Numbered from the stretch's first letter, positions 22,804 through 33,148 are shown. The stretch is DNA of 64,000 bases from Candidatus Multivoradales bacterium (GCA_965248925.1 CBDFLE010000006.1:2304001-2368000), one strand, 5' to 3'. Notes: generated by a model from the letters alone, not told the origin. Numbers and translations: made by a program.

Positions 22804-25158
22804 ATGATGCGCGCCGCCAACCTAGCTCACTGGCTCGACCGCCCTGCCCGACTGACAGAGGAAGGCTTGGACCAGCTTGCGGCAACTTTGCGCGCCGCTC
22901 AGCTGGCGACCCGCGAATTGGCCCAAGGCGGGCCGATCGAGCGGTCACCGGACCGCACCGCAGCACCCGGCCAGCTGCCGCGGAATGTCGATACCGCCAC
23001 TGCCGAACTGGCCAATCGCCTCACTCGCCTGGCGCGCTCGACCCCAAGATCGGCAATCGCTTACTCGCGGCTGCTGGGCGATACGGCCAGCGCCTTGCGC
23101 CACAGCTTTGGCTTCGTTTTCGCCTTGCCCCGCCGCCAACGCTGGTCGGCTTTGTTGGAACTGCCTTTCTCGGTCGCTACCCTGGCCGTGCAAGAGGCCC
23201 TGCGGGGGTTGCTGGCGGCGCAAGCGGTGCCGAGCGAGCAAATCGGCGACCTGGCCAGTTTCGTGGTCGAGGTCTTCGGCGATCTCGACACCTATTTCGG
23301 CTTGCGCTATCAGGACGAGCTGGAGCGCTACCGGCGGCATCTGGAGCGCCATCCTGACGACAGCGCAGCACGGCTCGAGCTGGGCCGGATCTACCTCAAA
23401 TGCGGCCTCTTTCGCGAAGCAGACCCTGAATTCGCGCTCGCTGCCAATGACCCCTGGCGCCGGCGTCAAGCGCTCTATCAGAAGACCGTCGCCAGCTACC
23501 ACCGCGGTGATTTCGCCACCGCAGTGGGTGACGCGGTGGACTGCCTGAGCGAGGCACCTGAGGATCTGCGAGCCCGCTGGTGGCTGTGGCTGGCGAGCCG
23601 AGAGACCGGCGGCTACCCGGCCGTCGTTCCGCCGGCGATGCGATTCGAAGTCAGCGATGGGTTCCACCCCAGCAAACTACGCTTCACCGATGTGGCCGCC
23701 GAGATCGGCCTCGATAAGACCGCAGGCGGGCGTGGTTCGGCGATCTTCGATGCCACCGGCGACGGCTATCTCGACGTGGTGCTCGCCGGCACTCACTCGA
23801 GCTGTGGGCTCTATCTCAACAACGGCGACGGCACTTTCGTCGACGCCACGATAGGCAGCGGACTCGAGAGCTGCGTCTACGGCTTCGCGCTACTGGCCGC
23901 CGACTTCGACTCCGATGGGCGCCGCGACCTGCTGGTCACCAGCATGGGATTTTTCGATGGCGAGTGCCGCTTGCTGCACAACCAGGGGGGCGGACGCTTT
24001 GTCGATGTCACCCACGATGCCGGCCTCGGCGGTTGGGGTCCGACCTTCACCGCCGCCTGGGGCGACTACGACGGCGATGGCCAGTTGGACCTCTTCATGG
24101 TCAACAACCTGGGCGGGCTGTTTGACCGCAAAACACCCAACCGCCTGCTGCGCAACCGCGGCGATGGCACCTTTACCGAGGTGGCGGCTGAAGCCGGCCT
24201 GCTCACCCCTTGGCCTAGCCTGGGCTGCGCTTGGGGAGACTTCTGGAACCGGGGTCGGCAGGACCTGTTCGTCAGCAACTTGGGCCGAGCGCAGCTGTTT
24301 AGTAACAACGGCGACGGCACCTTCGCCGACGTCAGCCGCCAAGCCGGCATCGATCGGCCGGCGATCGGTTCGGTGGTTTTGGTGCTGGATTTCGACAACG
24401 ATGGTTGGCTCGACATCCTACAGTTCACCTACTCGCGGCCTGAGGACGCTATCCACACCCTGCGCCATGGCTGTGGTCCGCCCGGCGGCGCACCACCGCG
24501 GCTCTTCCGCAACAATCGAAACGGCACCTTCACCGATGTTGCTGCCGCGGTGGGCCTGACCGGCTGTTGGGGCACGATGAGCGCCGCAGTGGGCGACTTC
24601 GCCAACAGTGGCCATCCGGGCTTGTGGCTGGGCAATGGCGACCCGTCGATGGACCGCACCGAGCCGACAATACTGTACGAGAACGACGGTCAACGCTTCC
24701 ACAACATCACTTTCACCGCCGGCCTGCCCTTCACCGGCAAGGGACACGGCGCCAACCTGGCCGACCTGGCGGGTGACGGGCGTTTGCATCTGTTGGTGGC
24801 GTCGGGCGGCCTCTACCCAGGCGACCTGCTGACCACCGCGGTCTACCGACCGGTCGAACTCCCTGGCCGGTACCTCAACGTGCGGCTGGTCGGCAGCGCG
24901 GGCAATCGCGACGCTTTCGGTGCCCGCCTAGTGCTCGATGCCGGCGGCCGGCGGCAGCATCGGCTGATCTCCGGGGGTACCGGCTTCGGCTGCCCGCCCA
25001 CCGAACAGCATTTTGGTCTCGGCGCGGCGACCATCATCGCTAGCCTGGAAGTTCGATGGCCTAACGGAGAACGCCAGTGCTTCGCCGACCTGCCGCTCGA
25101 CACCACCCTTGAGATCACTGCCGGCAGGGACGGCTGGAGACTGGTCTACCAGCGCTAG
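22804..25158 (+). CDS. TPR + FG-GAP propeller + ASPIC/UnbV (CRTAC1-family) protein
   Basis: Repeated D.D.DG.LD and N.GDGTF.DV motifs; C-terminal NRDA.GAR...HFGLG...EVRWP; TPR at about aa 180-270; no obvious signal peptide. Confidence 0.9.
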   Translation: MMRAANLAHWLDRPARLTEEGLDQLAATLRAAQLATRELAQGGPIERSPDRTAAPGQLPRNVDTATAELANRLTRLARSTPRSAIAYSRLLGDTASALRHSFGFVFALPRRQRWSALLELPFSVATLAVQEALRGLLAAQAVPSEQIGDLASFVVEVFGDLDTYFGLRYQDELERYRRHLERHPDDSAARLELGRIYLKCGLFREADPEFALAANDPWRRRQALYQKTVASYHRGDFATAVGDAVDCLSEAPEDLRARWWLWLASRETGGYPAVVPPAMRFEVSDGFHPSKLRFTDVAAEIGLDKTAGGRGSAIFDATGDGYLDVVLAGTHSSCGLYLNNGDGTFVDATIGSGLESCVYGFALLAADFDSDGRRDLLVTSMGFFDGECRLLHNQGGGRFVDVTHDAGLGGWGPTFTAAWGDYDGDGQLDLFMVNNLGGLFDRKTPNRLLRNRGDGTFTEVAAEAGLLTPWPSLGCAWGDFWNRGRQDLFVSNLGRAQLFSNNGDGTFADVSRQAGIDRPAIGSVVLVLDFDNDGWLDILQFTYSRPEDAIHTLRHGCGPPGGAPPRLFRNNRNGTFTDVAAAVGLTGCWGTMSAAVGDFANSGHPGLWLGNGDPSMDRTEPTILYENDGQRFHNITFTAGLPFTGKGHGANLADLAGDGRLHLLVASGGLYPGDLLTTAVYRPVELPGRYLNVRLVGSAGNRDAFGARLVLDAGGRRQHRLISGGTGFGCPPTEQHFGLGAATIIASLEVRWPNGERQCFADLPLDTTLEITAGRDGWRLVYQR

Positions 25159-25191
25159 GAATTTAGCAGCCCGCCGTGGGCAGCCTGGCGC

Positions 25192-26952
25192 GTGACGAGG
25201 GCCAGAACGGCAGGCTATGATCTCCCCATGGCTTTTGATTCGGCACACTATCCGTCGATCGAGCCGGCGCCAGCGAAACCTGATCCGGGCCGCAGGATGC
25301 CGACCTTGATCAAAGCACTGCAGCAGCAAGAGAGTCTGCGCTCGGTGATCGAATCGATCTCCAGCGAACTCGACCTGCGGCCCTTGCTAACCCAGATAGT
25401 GCGTCACGCCTGCGAGTTGCTCGATGCCTGGGATGGCGCCATCGGTCTCTATGACCCGGAGCAAGATCTGATCCGGATCGAAGCCTGCTACCGCATGCCG
25501 AAAGATGAGATCGGCAGTGAGTTTCGACTCGGCGTAGGTCTCGCCGGCCAGGTGCTGGAACAGCGCGGACCGGTGACTTTCGACAACTATCTCGAGGTCC
25601 CCAACCCGACTCGCAACGACCGCCCCGGATTCGCCGTTGTCGGCGTGCCGATCATCTGGCAAGACCGCCTGATCGGTTTCTTCGGCCTTGGTGCGCCAGC
25701 GCCACACTCCTTCGGCGATGCCGACATCGAAAGCCTGGCCCTACTCGGCCGCCACGCGGCGATCGCCATCCACAACGCGCGCCGCTACCAAGACGAGCGC
25801 GAGCGCGCCCAACGCTGGGCCTTGGTCGCCCGCGTCGGTAAGCTGATCACCTCGGGCCTGGATGTCGACCGATTGCTGCAAACCGCCGTTGACGCCATCC
25901 ATGAAACCCTCGGCTATTCGACGGTCTGCATTGGTCTAGTGGACGAAGAAGACTCCAGCCGATTGCGCATCGATGCGATCGGCGGCATTTACCGCGAGCT
26001 GCTTTCCGGCCAGACTCACTACCTGCCTATCGATCGCGGCATCATGGGAGCGGCGGTCAGGGAGCGCGCGGTGCAGCGGGTTAACGACGTCGGCCAGGAT
26101 CCACGCTACATTCCACCGCCTGGAACCCGCGGCATTCGCGCCGAGCTGGCGGTACCCTTGCAGCTCGACCGCAAGGTGCTCGGCACCCTCAACGCAGAGA
26201 GCAGCACTCCTTTCAGCGACCATGACGTAGCTAGTTTCCAACTAGTCGCCGATCACCTGGCGGTGGCGATCGACAACGCCCGTCTGTTCGCCACCGCGCA
26301 ACGGCTGGCGGTGCTCGAAGAGCGTCAACGGCTGGCCCACGACCTGCACGACTCGGTGAGCCAACGAATCTTCAGCACCTTGCTGTTGGCGCAGTCGATC
26401 GTACCGGCCTGGAAGCGCAACCCTGACGAAGGCCAACGGCTAGTGGCACAGGTGGTGCGGCAAAGCCAAGAAGCGCAGGTTGAGATGCGCTTCCTCTTGG
26501 CCGAGCTGCGCCCCGACGCCGACCCCTCGTCACCGGCTCCCAACATCAGCGGGTCGCGCGACCTGTTGGATGCCTTGGCCGACCACGCCCGAGAACTCGA
26601 ACAACATGGCGTAGAGCTGAAATTGGACGGTTCCGAATACCAACCTCAATCGGCCATGGCCGAGGACATCCTCTACCGCATCGCCCGCGAAGCGTTGCAC
26701 AACGTGATCAAGCACGCCCAGGCCCGGCAAGTAGAGATTCTCCTGAGTTCATCAGGCCGCCGCCTGGTCCTCGAAGTCACCGACGACGGGATCGGTCCCG
26801 CCGCTGAATCTCGGGGCAATGGCCTCGGTCTCATCAGCATGCGCAGCCGCGCCGAAGAGCATGGTGGGCGCTGCGAGCTGGCCGCCGGGGCCGGTGGTGG
26901 CAGCGTCCTTCGCGCCGAGCTGCCCGCTGGAATCCAGGAGCAAGAGCCTTGA
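25192..26952 (+). CDS. Soluble GAF-GAF HisKA_3 sensor histidine kinase
   Basis: Two GAF domains (AIAIHNAR, AVAIDNAR), EERQRLAHDLHDSVSQ, EALHNV.KHA, DDGIG, GLGL. Start may be ATG 25228. Confidence 0.92.
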   Translation: MTRARTAGYDLPMAFDSAHYPSIEPAPAKPDPGRRMPTLIKALQQQESLRSVIESISSELDLRPLLTQIVRHACELLDAWDGAIGLYDPEQDLIRIEACYRMPKDEIGSEFRLGVGLAGQVLEQRGPVTFDNYLEVPNPTRNDRPGFAVVGVPIIWQDRLIGFFGLGAPAPHSFGDADIESLALLGRHAAIAIHNARRYQDERERAQRWALVARVGKLITSGLDVDRLLQTAVDAIHETLGYSTVCIGLVDEEDSSRLRIDAIGGIYRELLSGQTHYLPIDRGIMGAAVRERAVQRVNDVGQDPRYIPPPGTRGIRAELAVPLQLDRKVLGTLNAESSTPFSDHDVASFQLVADHLAVAIDNARLFATAQRLAVLEERQRLAHDLHDSVSQRIFSTLLLAQSIVPAWKRNPDEGQRLVAQVVRQSQEAQVEMRFLLAELRPDADPSSPAPNISGSRDLLDALADHARELEQHGVELKLDGSEYQPQSAMAEDILYRIAREALHNVIKHAQARQVEILLSSSGRRLVLEVTDDGIGPAAESRGNGLGLISMRSRAEEHGGRCELAAGAGGGSVLRAELPAGIQEQEP

Positions 26953-27611
26953 GCAAATCGATTCGTTTAGTCATCGCCGACGACCACGCCATCGTCCGCC
27001 AGGGCCTCAAGACTCTGCTCGCAGACGAGCCGGGAATCGAGGTTGTTGGCGAAGCGGCCAACGGCGACGAAGCCGCCGAAGTGGCCGAGAAACTCGCCGC
27101 CGATGTCCTGCTGCTCGACCTGCAAATGCCGGGAAGCAGCGGGATGGCGGCGATCGAGGCCCTCGGTGAACGTTCCTCGGCGGTACGCATCATCGTGCTG
27201 AGCAGCTTTGCCGAGGACCGCCAGGTACGCCAGGCAATTCAAGCGGGAGTCGCCGGCTACTTGCTGAAAGACGTAGATCGAGCTGGCTTGGTGCAAGCGA
27301 TCCACGATGCCCACGCCGGTCAACCGGCCCTCCACCCCGAGGTCCAGCGTCGGCTGATGCGCCAACTCAGCACTCCCGAAGCTCCTAACCCGGTCGAGAC
27401 CCTCACCGCCCGCGAACTCGACGTGCTGCGCCAGATCGCCGCCGGCCGCAGCAACAAAGAAATCGCCAAAGCCCTGCACTTGAGCGAAGGCACCATCAAG
27501 GGCTACACCAGCACCCTCTTCGGCAAGCTAGGGGTCAACGACCGCACCCAAGCGGCCTTATTCGCGCTGCGCGCCGGAGTGTCACCAGCTGGACAGGGTG
27601 AGGGTGGATAG
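26949..27611 (+). CDS. NarL/LuxR-family response regulator
   Basis: ADDH, LLDLQMP, GYLLK, LTARE...SNKEIA...TIK; overlaps the kinase stop. Confidence 0.95.
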   Translation: MSKSIRLVIADDHAIVRQGLKTLLADEPGIEVVGEAANGDEAAEVAEKLAADVLLLDLQMPGSSGMAAIEALGERSSAVRIIVLSSFAEDRQVRQAIQAGVAGYLLKDVDRAGLVQAIHDAHAGQPALHPEVQRRLMRQLSTPEAPNPVETLTARELDVLRQIAAGRSNKEIAKALHLSEGTIKGYTSTLFGKLGVNDRTQAALFALRAGVSPAGQGEGG

Positions 27612-27640
27612 AGCCCGGTAACCGGGGACGGCTCAGCGTC

Positions 27641-29392
27641 TCAGGACAGACGCTCGACCTCGGATGCACTGCGAAAGCAGTCCATCACCCGCGGATCCAG
27701 ACGCCACGGGTAGCTCTCCTCACAGCTCTCACACTCCGCCCAGCGACGGCGGAAGTCCTCGCCGTCGAATTGCAGGCGCTGAATACGGAATCCCTCGACG
27801 AATTGTCGGTTCTCCACCGCCTGGGGCTCTTCGAGCACCACCGCAGCGACGTGCGCCGCCACCCACAAGGCCATCTCTTCGAGGTTCTCCAGCTGCTGAG
27901 CGAGAATGCGCTTGGCCTGATCGATCTCGACCCCGACCTCATAGAAGGTCTTCTCGGCCAGACTCAAGGTCTGGATCTCGGTGAAGTCGAAGAACACCGG
28001 CTCTTTGAGCGGTTGCCGGTGCTGCCGCTTCCACTGGTAGTAGTCGCTCAGATAACCCTGCAAGCCGCGGTTGATCGGCCCCAGACGACTGAACAAACGC
28101 ATGAAAGCGAGCAAGAATCGGCGTTCGGTGAAGAAATCGTTGATGAAGGGAAAAACGTAGTAAGCGAAGTAAATCGCCAATTCCCAGGTGTATTTGAGCG
28201 AAAACACCTCTTGATCGCCGAGGGCATCGTAGCTGAGTTCGTAGGATGGCACATAGGCGGAATAGACCACCCGCATGGCTTGCTCATAGAGTTCGCACTT
28301 GCTGGCCAATTGGGCCGGGTCGTCGGTCTTGATGGCGTCGACGATCAGCGTGTTGTAGATGGCTATCAGGTCCGAACCGGGGCTGTAGAGCGGGTCGGTA
28401 AAGCGCCCTGACTCACCAGCCAATGCCCAACGCTGGGCACTGAGGGTCTGCTGGCAATCGTAGGAGTAGCTCTTGAGTCCACCGAAATCGAGCACTTTAC
28501 GCTGCGGCAAGTCGCGGGCAAAGCAGGGGAAATGCTCGCACACCCAGCGGGTGGCTTTCTCGACCGTAAACACATCACGAGGATCGATCACCCGCTTATC
28601 GAACACTAACCCAAGACTCGTCTTGCCTTGCAGCGGTATGACCCAGAACCACAGACCCTCAGCGCAAAAGTGATTGGTGGCAAGCCAGAACGGTAGATGG
28701 CCAGTATGCCTTCGCTCTTTCTTTAGTCGTACTTCTCTGCGTGAGGCATCGGTTAAATGATCGATATCGACCAAGCCTTCGACCCACCAAAAGAAAGATC
28801 CGTGATCGATCGAATTCTTCTTCGCTAGCCCCATGCGGCGTTCCAAGTGCTTGCTGCGCCCGGTGGTGTCCACTACCCAATGAGTGCTGACTTGGCGGCT
28901 TTCCCCTTGGCGGCCCAGCTGATAACGCACCTGGTGCTCAGCACCACCCTCCGCCAACTCAACATCGAGCTTCAACGCTTCGAGTTCGATGGTAAAGCGT
29001 GGGTCTTGGCGATTGCGACGCAGAACCTCGGCCTCGAAGGTGTTGCGGTCGAGCTGATAGCTGGCGACGTTCGAGAACGGCCGGATGTAGGAGTGGCTAT
29101 AGTCCTCGAAGCGACTGTTGTCGCGACCGGTGCTGGGCCAGTAGAAGCGCAGGTTGTACTTCATCAGTTGGTCGCGCAACATGTGCTCTTCCAGATCAAG
29201 CACTTTGGAGAAGTAGTAGCCGGCAACCTGCACCGACGACTCGCCTACCTTTTGGTGTGGCGATGGCAGGCTGGCGCGCTTCTCCAGCAGCAGAATGGTC
29301 TTCTTCGTATCTAGCAACAGGTGGCGAGCCAGGGTCAGCCCAGCCAAGCCTCCACCCAGGATAACCACGTCGTAGCGGCGAGTCCTAGTCAT
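27641..29392 (-). CDS. Flavin-dependent halogenase-like oxidoreductase
   Basis: GGGLAG, KVGES, KYNLRF (candidate catalytic Lys), YQLDR..FE, WFWVIP (WxWxIP), GE...F.DPLYSPG. Confidence 0.8.
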   Translation of the reverse strand: MTRTRRYDVVILGGGLAGLTLARHLLLDTKKTILLLEKRASLPSPHQKVGESSVQVAGYYFSKVLDLEEHMLRDQLMKYNLRFYWPSTGRDNSRFEDYSHSYIRPFSNVASYQLDRNTFEAEVLRRNRQDPRFTIELEALKLDVELAEGGAEHQVRYQLGRQGESRQVSTHWVVDTTGRSKHLERRMGLAKKNSIDHGSFFWWVEGLVDIDHLTDASRREVRLKKERRHTGHLPFWLATNHFCAEGLWFWVIPLQGKTSLGLVFDKRVIDPRDVFTVEKATRWVCEHFPCFARDLPQRKVLDFGGLKSYSYDCQQTLSAQRWALAGESGRFTDPLYSPGSDLIAIYNTLIVDAIKTDDPAQLASKCELYEQAMRVVYSAYVPSYELSYDALGDQEVFSLKYTWELAIYFAYYVFPFINDFFTERRFLLAFMRLFSRLGPINRGLQGYLSDYYQWKRQHRQPLKEPVFFDFTEIQTLSLAEKTFYEVGVEIDQAKRILAQQLENLEEMALWVAAHVAAVVLEEPQAVENRQFVEGFRIQRLQFDGEDFRRRWAECESCEESYPWRLDPRVMDCFRSASEVERLS

Positions 29393-29485
29393 AATCTCGA
29401 TCTCCTGACGGGTCGGCCGACCCGGTTCGCTTAACCCCGCGCACCAAATGAGAAAACGGCAAGAAAAACAACAACCATGCCTCGC

Positions 29486-30793
29486 TCAAGCCGAGGGTGA
29501 TTTCTTCACTGGCGGCGCGGCGACACCGCTGGTCACCCATGCCGGCAGCTGATCCGCGGCGACTCGCCAGTCGGCAACCTGGCGCCAGGTGGGCAAGGCG
29601 CTGACGACGACGTTGTAATGCTGAGTAAAGTGCCGCAACAAGAAGCTACGCTCGAGCTGCTCTTTCGAGATCCCCAACTCGCTGCTGGCACGCCCGCCGC
29701 TGAGCAAGTTGGCGAATTGGATATAACTCGACAGTGGATCGACACTTCCCGGCCGCGGCATCGCCGCCGGCAGCAGACCCCGCACCGAATCCAGTAGGCC
29801 GCCGCCGAAGGGGAGGTAATCAGCCATTCTCTCGCCCCAACTCATCGGATCCAACGACACATTGAGCACCTTCTCCGGTCGATCAGCAACAAAAGCCATA
29901 CGCACCCGCACCTCACCATCGAGGCCGACATGGAAACAGATCGACTGGCAAGCCGCCTTGAAACTCCCCGGCCCATAGGCCAACAAACCCTTTTCTGGAT
30001 CGGGCAGAAAGGCCCAGCCAATGCCATAGCGGCCGAGTTCGGTCTCGGAAGCACGGTCGCGACGGACGATGAAGTCGTCGCTCACCACCAGGTAGCTTGA
30101 CTCCGGCAGCGGCACCACCAGATGCGGCGCATCCTCACCCAGGGGTGCCAGGCGGAGCTGAAAATCGAAGATGTCTACTTTGAGAATGATCCACTCATAA
30201 GTCGACTCGACGGCGGTCAGGTCGACCGCAAAGCGCTCGCCAGCGGCAAAACGCCCGATCTTGCCATCCTCGCGCCGTTTGTAGAGCAACTGCTCAAAAC
30301 CAAATCCACCGCGCCGATCGGTTTCTTCCTTGCACCAAGCCAGCGGCCGTAGCACGCTAGGGGGATCGCAGGGTTCAGTGGCGGGGAAAGCCTCGGCGCG
30401 GCAAAAATCACTGACTCTGACGAAGTAGCGCAGCGCAAACTCCCGCACCTGCCCCTTGAGCCAACGGGCAGCCTGTCCAAGGTTGCCGCCATGGGGTTTC
30501 GGGCGATCGAAAAACATTTCCCGTACATTGCCCATCACCGCCAACTGGCGGCCGGCCACCGGTGCCTTGCCGGTGAAACCGAAGCTAGTATCTGCCGGCC
30601 AAGAACGTGCCGAGAGTTCGAAGCGACCGTCATAGGCATTGTCGCGCTGCAGCTCACGCCGCCATTTCTCGAGCTCGACACCGGCCGCGAGTCCGCTCTC
30701 GACCGCGGCCAGCAAGTGGCGTTCGAGTTCGCTCCAAAGCAGCCGTTGGGGCTCGGTCGGCGTCGAGCGGTCAAATTCTTTAGTCGCATCCAT
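29486..30793 (-). CDS. Hypothetical protein of the PKS-like operon
   Basis: 435-aa co-oriented ORF with host-like composition; no family recognised. Confidence 0.75.
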   Translation of the reverse strand: MDATKEFDRSTPTEPQRLLWSELERHLLAAVESGLAAGVELEKWRRELQRDNAYDGRFELSARSWPADTSFGFTGKAPVAGRQLAVMGNVREMFFDRPKPHGGNLGQAARWLKGQVREFALRYFVRVSDFCRAEAFPATEPCDPPSVLRPLAWCKEETDRRGGFGFEQLLYKRREDGKIGRFAAGERFAVDLTAVESTYEWIILKVDIFDFQLRLAPLGEDAPHLVVPLPESSYLVVSDDFIVRRDRASETELGRYGIGWAFLPDPEKGLLAYGPGSFKAACQSICFHVGLDGEVRVRMAFVADRPEKVLNVSLDPMSWGERMADYLPFGGGLLDSVRGLLPAAMPRPGSVDPLSSYIQFANLLSGGRASSELGISKEQLERSFLLRHFTQHYNVVVSALPTWRQVADWRVAADQLPAWVTSGVAAPPVKKSPSA

Positions 30794-30814
30794 CAGCGTT
30801 GGTTCCCCAGGGTT

Positions 30815-31426
30815 CTACTCTTCCTGCCGACGACGATAAAGGGTCTTCAGACCTTCACCCGCGCGCTCGATCTGACCCGCTTCAATGCACCGAGTAAGCG
30901 CCGCCCGCAGCGCCGCCCGACCTTTGCCGGTACTCTTCACTAGCTGACTCAAGGTCGCACTGCCACCCAGAGAGACCAACGCCGCGTCCAGAGAATGGGC
31001 CTTGGCAGCGGCAGGGGTGGCGGCGCTAGCTTTGGTTCTCTTCTTGCGGCTCCGCGGCTGCTTGGGTTGAGCGGCCTCAGGTTGCTGCGCCGGCAACTCT
31101 GGCCGAGACCAGCCGCAAATCTCGCGCAAATGCAACCGCAGGTGGCGCGGCAAACACTCAGAGCTGGCTTGCTGACCAGCCAGGTAGCTATCGATCAACC
31201 GCTCGCTGATCTGCTCCGCTGAACGCTGGCCCGACTCCATCACTTCGCCTCTTTCGAGGATCTCCGGCGCTTGCTGGCGTACTGAAACCAAGGTGTAGCG
31301 AAACAGGCACACCGGCTTCATCGATCGCCCTCCAGATCGCCGCCGCTGCGCGCCGAGCCAGTCGATCAGCCGGCCAACGACTCCGTCAAATCCTCGACCC
31401 CATTCGCCTAGTGGATTCTCGTTCAT
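30815..31426 (-). CDS. Hypothetical protein, paralog of 32636-33100, with C-terminal winged-helix-like domain
   Basis: ATGA coupling; V.L..Y..VS.....E.LE core; basic linker; GGSATLSQLVKSTG...LRAAL......GQIER.G....T.Y. Confidence 0.72.
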   Translation of the reverse strand: MNENPLGEWGRGFDGVVGRLIDWLGAQRRRSGGRSMKPVCLFRYTLVSVRQQAPEILERGEVMESGQRSAEQISERLIDSYLAGQQASSECLPRHLRLHLREICGWSRPELPAQQPEAAQPKQPRSRKKRTKASAATPAAAKAHSLDAALVSLGGSATLSQLVKSTGKGRAALRAALTRCIEAGQIERAGEGLKTLYRRRQEE

Positions 31427-32607
31427 AAATTCTCCCCGAAATCACCGCCAGTGCCTTCGAGATCAAACAGCACGCCCGGACCAAGACTGGAAAGCTCAGC
31501 GAGCCGAGCCAATTTCGACGCCACCGGCTCCAGCACCCACTGACGCCAGCGGCGGGCCGGCGGGCCGGCGGCCGGCTGATATGCAAGAAAACTCTCCAAC
31601 AACGCTTCTCGACCCACCACATAGGCCCACAGCGACAACGCCGAGGCAATCCCACACCGCGTCGCCTTTTGCAGGTCGGGTGGGAGCTGCAAGAGCTGTG
31701 CGTCAAGCTGATCTAGCAGCTCGGCCAGCACCGCCGGCGCGGTGAGGTTGACCAACGTAGTCGCCCAGAACAAACCCGACAAGGCGTTCGCTCGCGCCAC
31801 CTCTGCGGGCGCCTTCGCGGTGCCGGCCAAGGCGCTGCCGGTCAGCCGCAAAGCCTCGTCAAAAGCCGCTTTGCCGGACCCCGGTAGCAAGCGGCGGGGG
31901 CTGAAATAGAGCCCGCGGCCGAGCCCATGCCAGAAAGTCCCTCGCCGGGCCGGCAGTTCGGCGGCCAGGGTCGCGTCCAGGCGAGTGATAGCGGCGGGCG
32001 CCAAGCCGATAACGATCAACCCCAGGGCCTCGAACACAGCTCGGCTATAACCCGGCCGCGAGCTAGTTCGGCAGACCTGCACCAAATCGCGCAAGGCCAT
32101 CGCGCCGGCTGGCGACCGAAGATCGTCCAAGCGCCGCCGTGCCAGCGCCAACCCCATGCCGGTGTGCAAGGGCAGCAGCTCACCGGCAGTGGCTATCTCG
32201 TTGTCGACCTGGCGCAGCCCGACACCGGCCATGCCGAGCTGAAAACCCAAGCCCTCCAAGACCCAAAGAGCGCGCCACGGGGGCAAGCGCCGGCTCGCCG
32301 CCACCTGCCGCGCCAATCCCGAAGTCCCGGCGATGGCCTGCTCGGCAAAACGGAAATCCTCGAAAGCCAGCAGCTTGTTACCGAGTTCGCTCAGATCGAC
32401 GGCCGCCCGGCCACCGACCCATGGACCGGCGGCCAGCACCGAACCCCGCAGACCGACCAGAGCCGAGCGCAGCATTCCCCGTGGCAGATCCCCTAGCGCC
32501 AGCGGACGGTCGCCACGCAGCGCCGCCAGCATCGAGCTGGTCTGTTCGAGCCCGAGTTTCGACATCGACGCCGAAAATTTAGCCACCGCGGTGAAAAGCT
32601 GCTGCAT
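31423..32607 (-). CDS. DUF1702/UnbL-like helical protein (copy 2)
   Basis: ALW..EGLG, LHTGMGLALA, FEALG, FWHGLGRGLYF.P, TLVNL; paralog of 34747-36045. Start ATG 32607 inferred from the shared N-terminal motif. Family call is tentative. Confidence 0.65.
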   Translation of the reverse strand: MQQLFTAVAKFSASMSKLGLEQTSSMLAALRGDRPLALGDLPRGMLRSALVGLRGSVLAAGPWVGGRAAVDLSELGNKLLAFEDFRFAEQAIAGTSGLARQVAASRRLPPWRALWVLEGLGFQLGMAGVGLRQVDNEIATAGELLPLHTGMGLALARRRLDDLRSPAGAMALRDLVQVCRTSSRPGYSRAVFEALGLIVIGLAPAAITRLDATLAAELPARRGTFWHGLGRGLYFSPRRLLPGSGKAAFDEALRLTGSALAGTAKAPAEVARANALSGLFWATTLVNLTAPAVLAELLDQLDAQLLQLPPDLQKATRCGIASALSLWAYVVGREALLESFLAYQPAAGPPARRWRQWVLEPVASKLARLAELSSLGPGVLFDLEGTGGDFGENL

Positions 32608-32635
32608 CAGTTCTTTGCTCGCAAGGTCCAGAATC

Positions 32636-33100
32636 TCAGTCTTGCTCCGCTGACCAGCGATCGAGAACTTGAAAGCAAACCCGCAGGAACTCTCGGTCCG
32701 CCGGCTCGATCTGCTGTTTGCCACCGCGCTGCAAGTAGTCGGCGATACGCCACGCGGCGAAGGCTTCGCGGCTCATGCTGCGGGCCACTAGAAGTTGCTC
32801 GCTCTCCAGCACCCGCTCGCGGCCGCTGTGGATCGACACCACCGCATACTCCACCAGCTTGACCATTGAATCGGCGAGATCTTGGGCTGCGCTGACTCCG
32901 GAACTGCCAGTGCCAACCGGGATCAGGCCACCCGCCAGCCGGCCCGAGACGGTGTCGTAGCTCTCTCCTGCCAGGCCGTGGAACCCACGGGCCGCTTGGG
33001 CAAACATCTCACTGCCGGCGGCGAAGGCATCCACCGGCATCAGCGCCAGCCGACCACAGCGGCTCAGTATTCGACCAAAACCCGAATTCAGCTCGCTCAT
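32636..33100 (-). CDS. Hypothetical protein
   Basis: GGAG RBS, in operon, paralogous to 30815-31426. Confidence 0.75.
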   Translation of the reverse strand: MSELNSGFGRILSRCGRLALMPVDAFAAGSEMFAQAARGFHGLAGESYDTVSGRLAGGLIPVGTGSSGVSAAQDLADSMVKLVEYAVVSIHSGRERVLESEQLLVARSMSREAFAAWRIADYLQRGGKQQIEPADREFLRVCFQVLDRWSAEQD

Positions 33101-33148
33101 CTCGTCTCCAAGGTCACCGGGCCACGGCTGCTCTTGGCCCGGCAGAGT

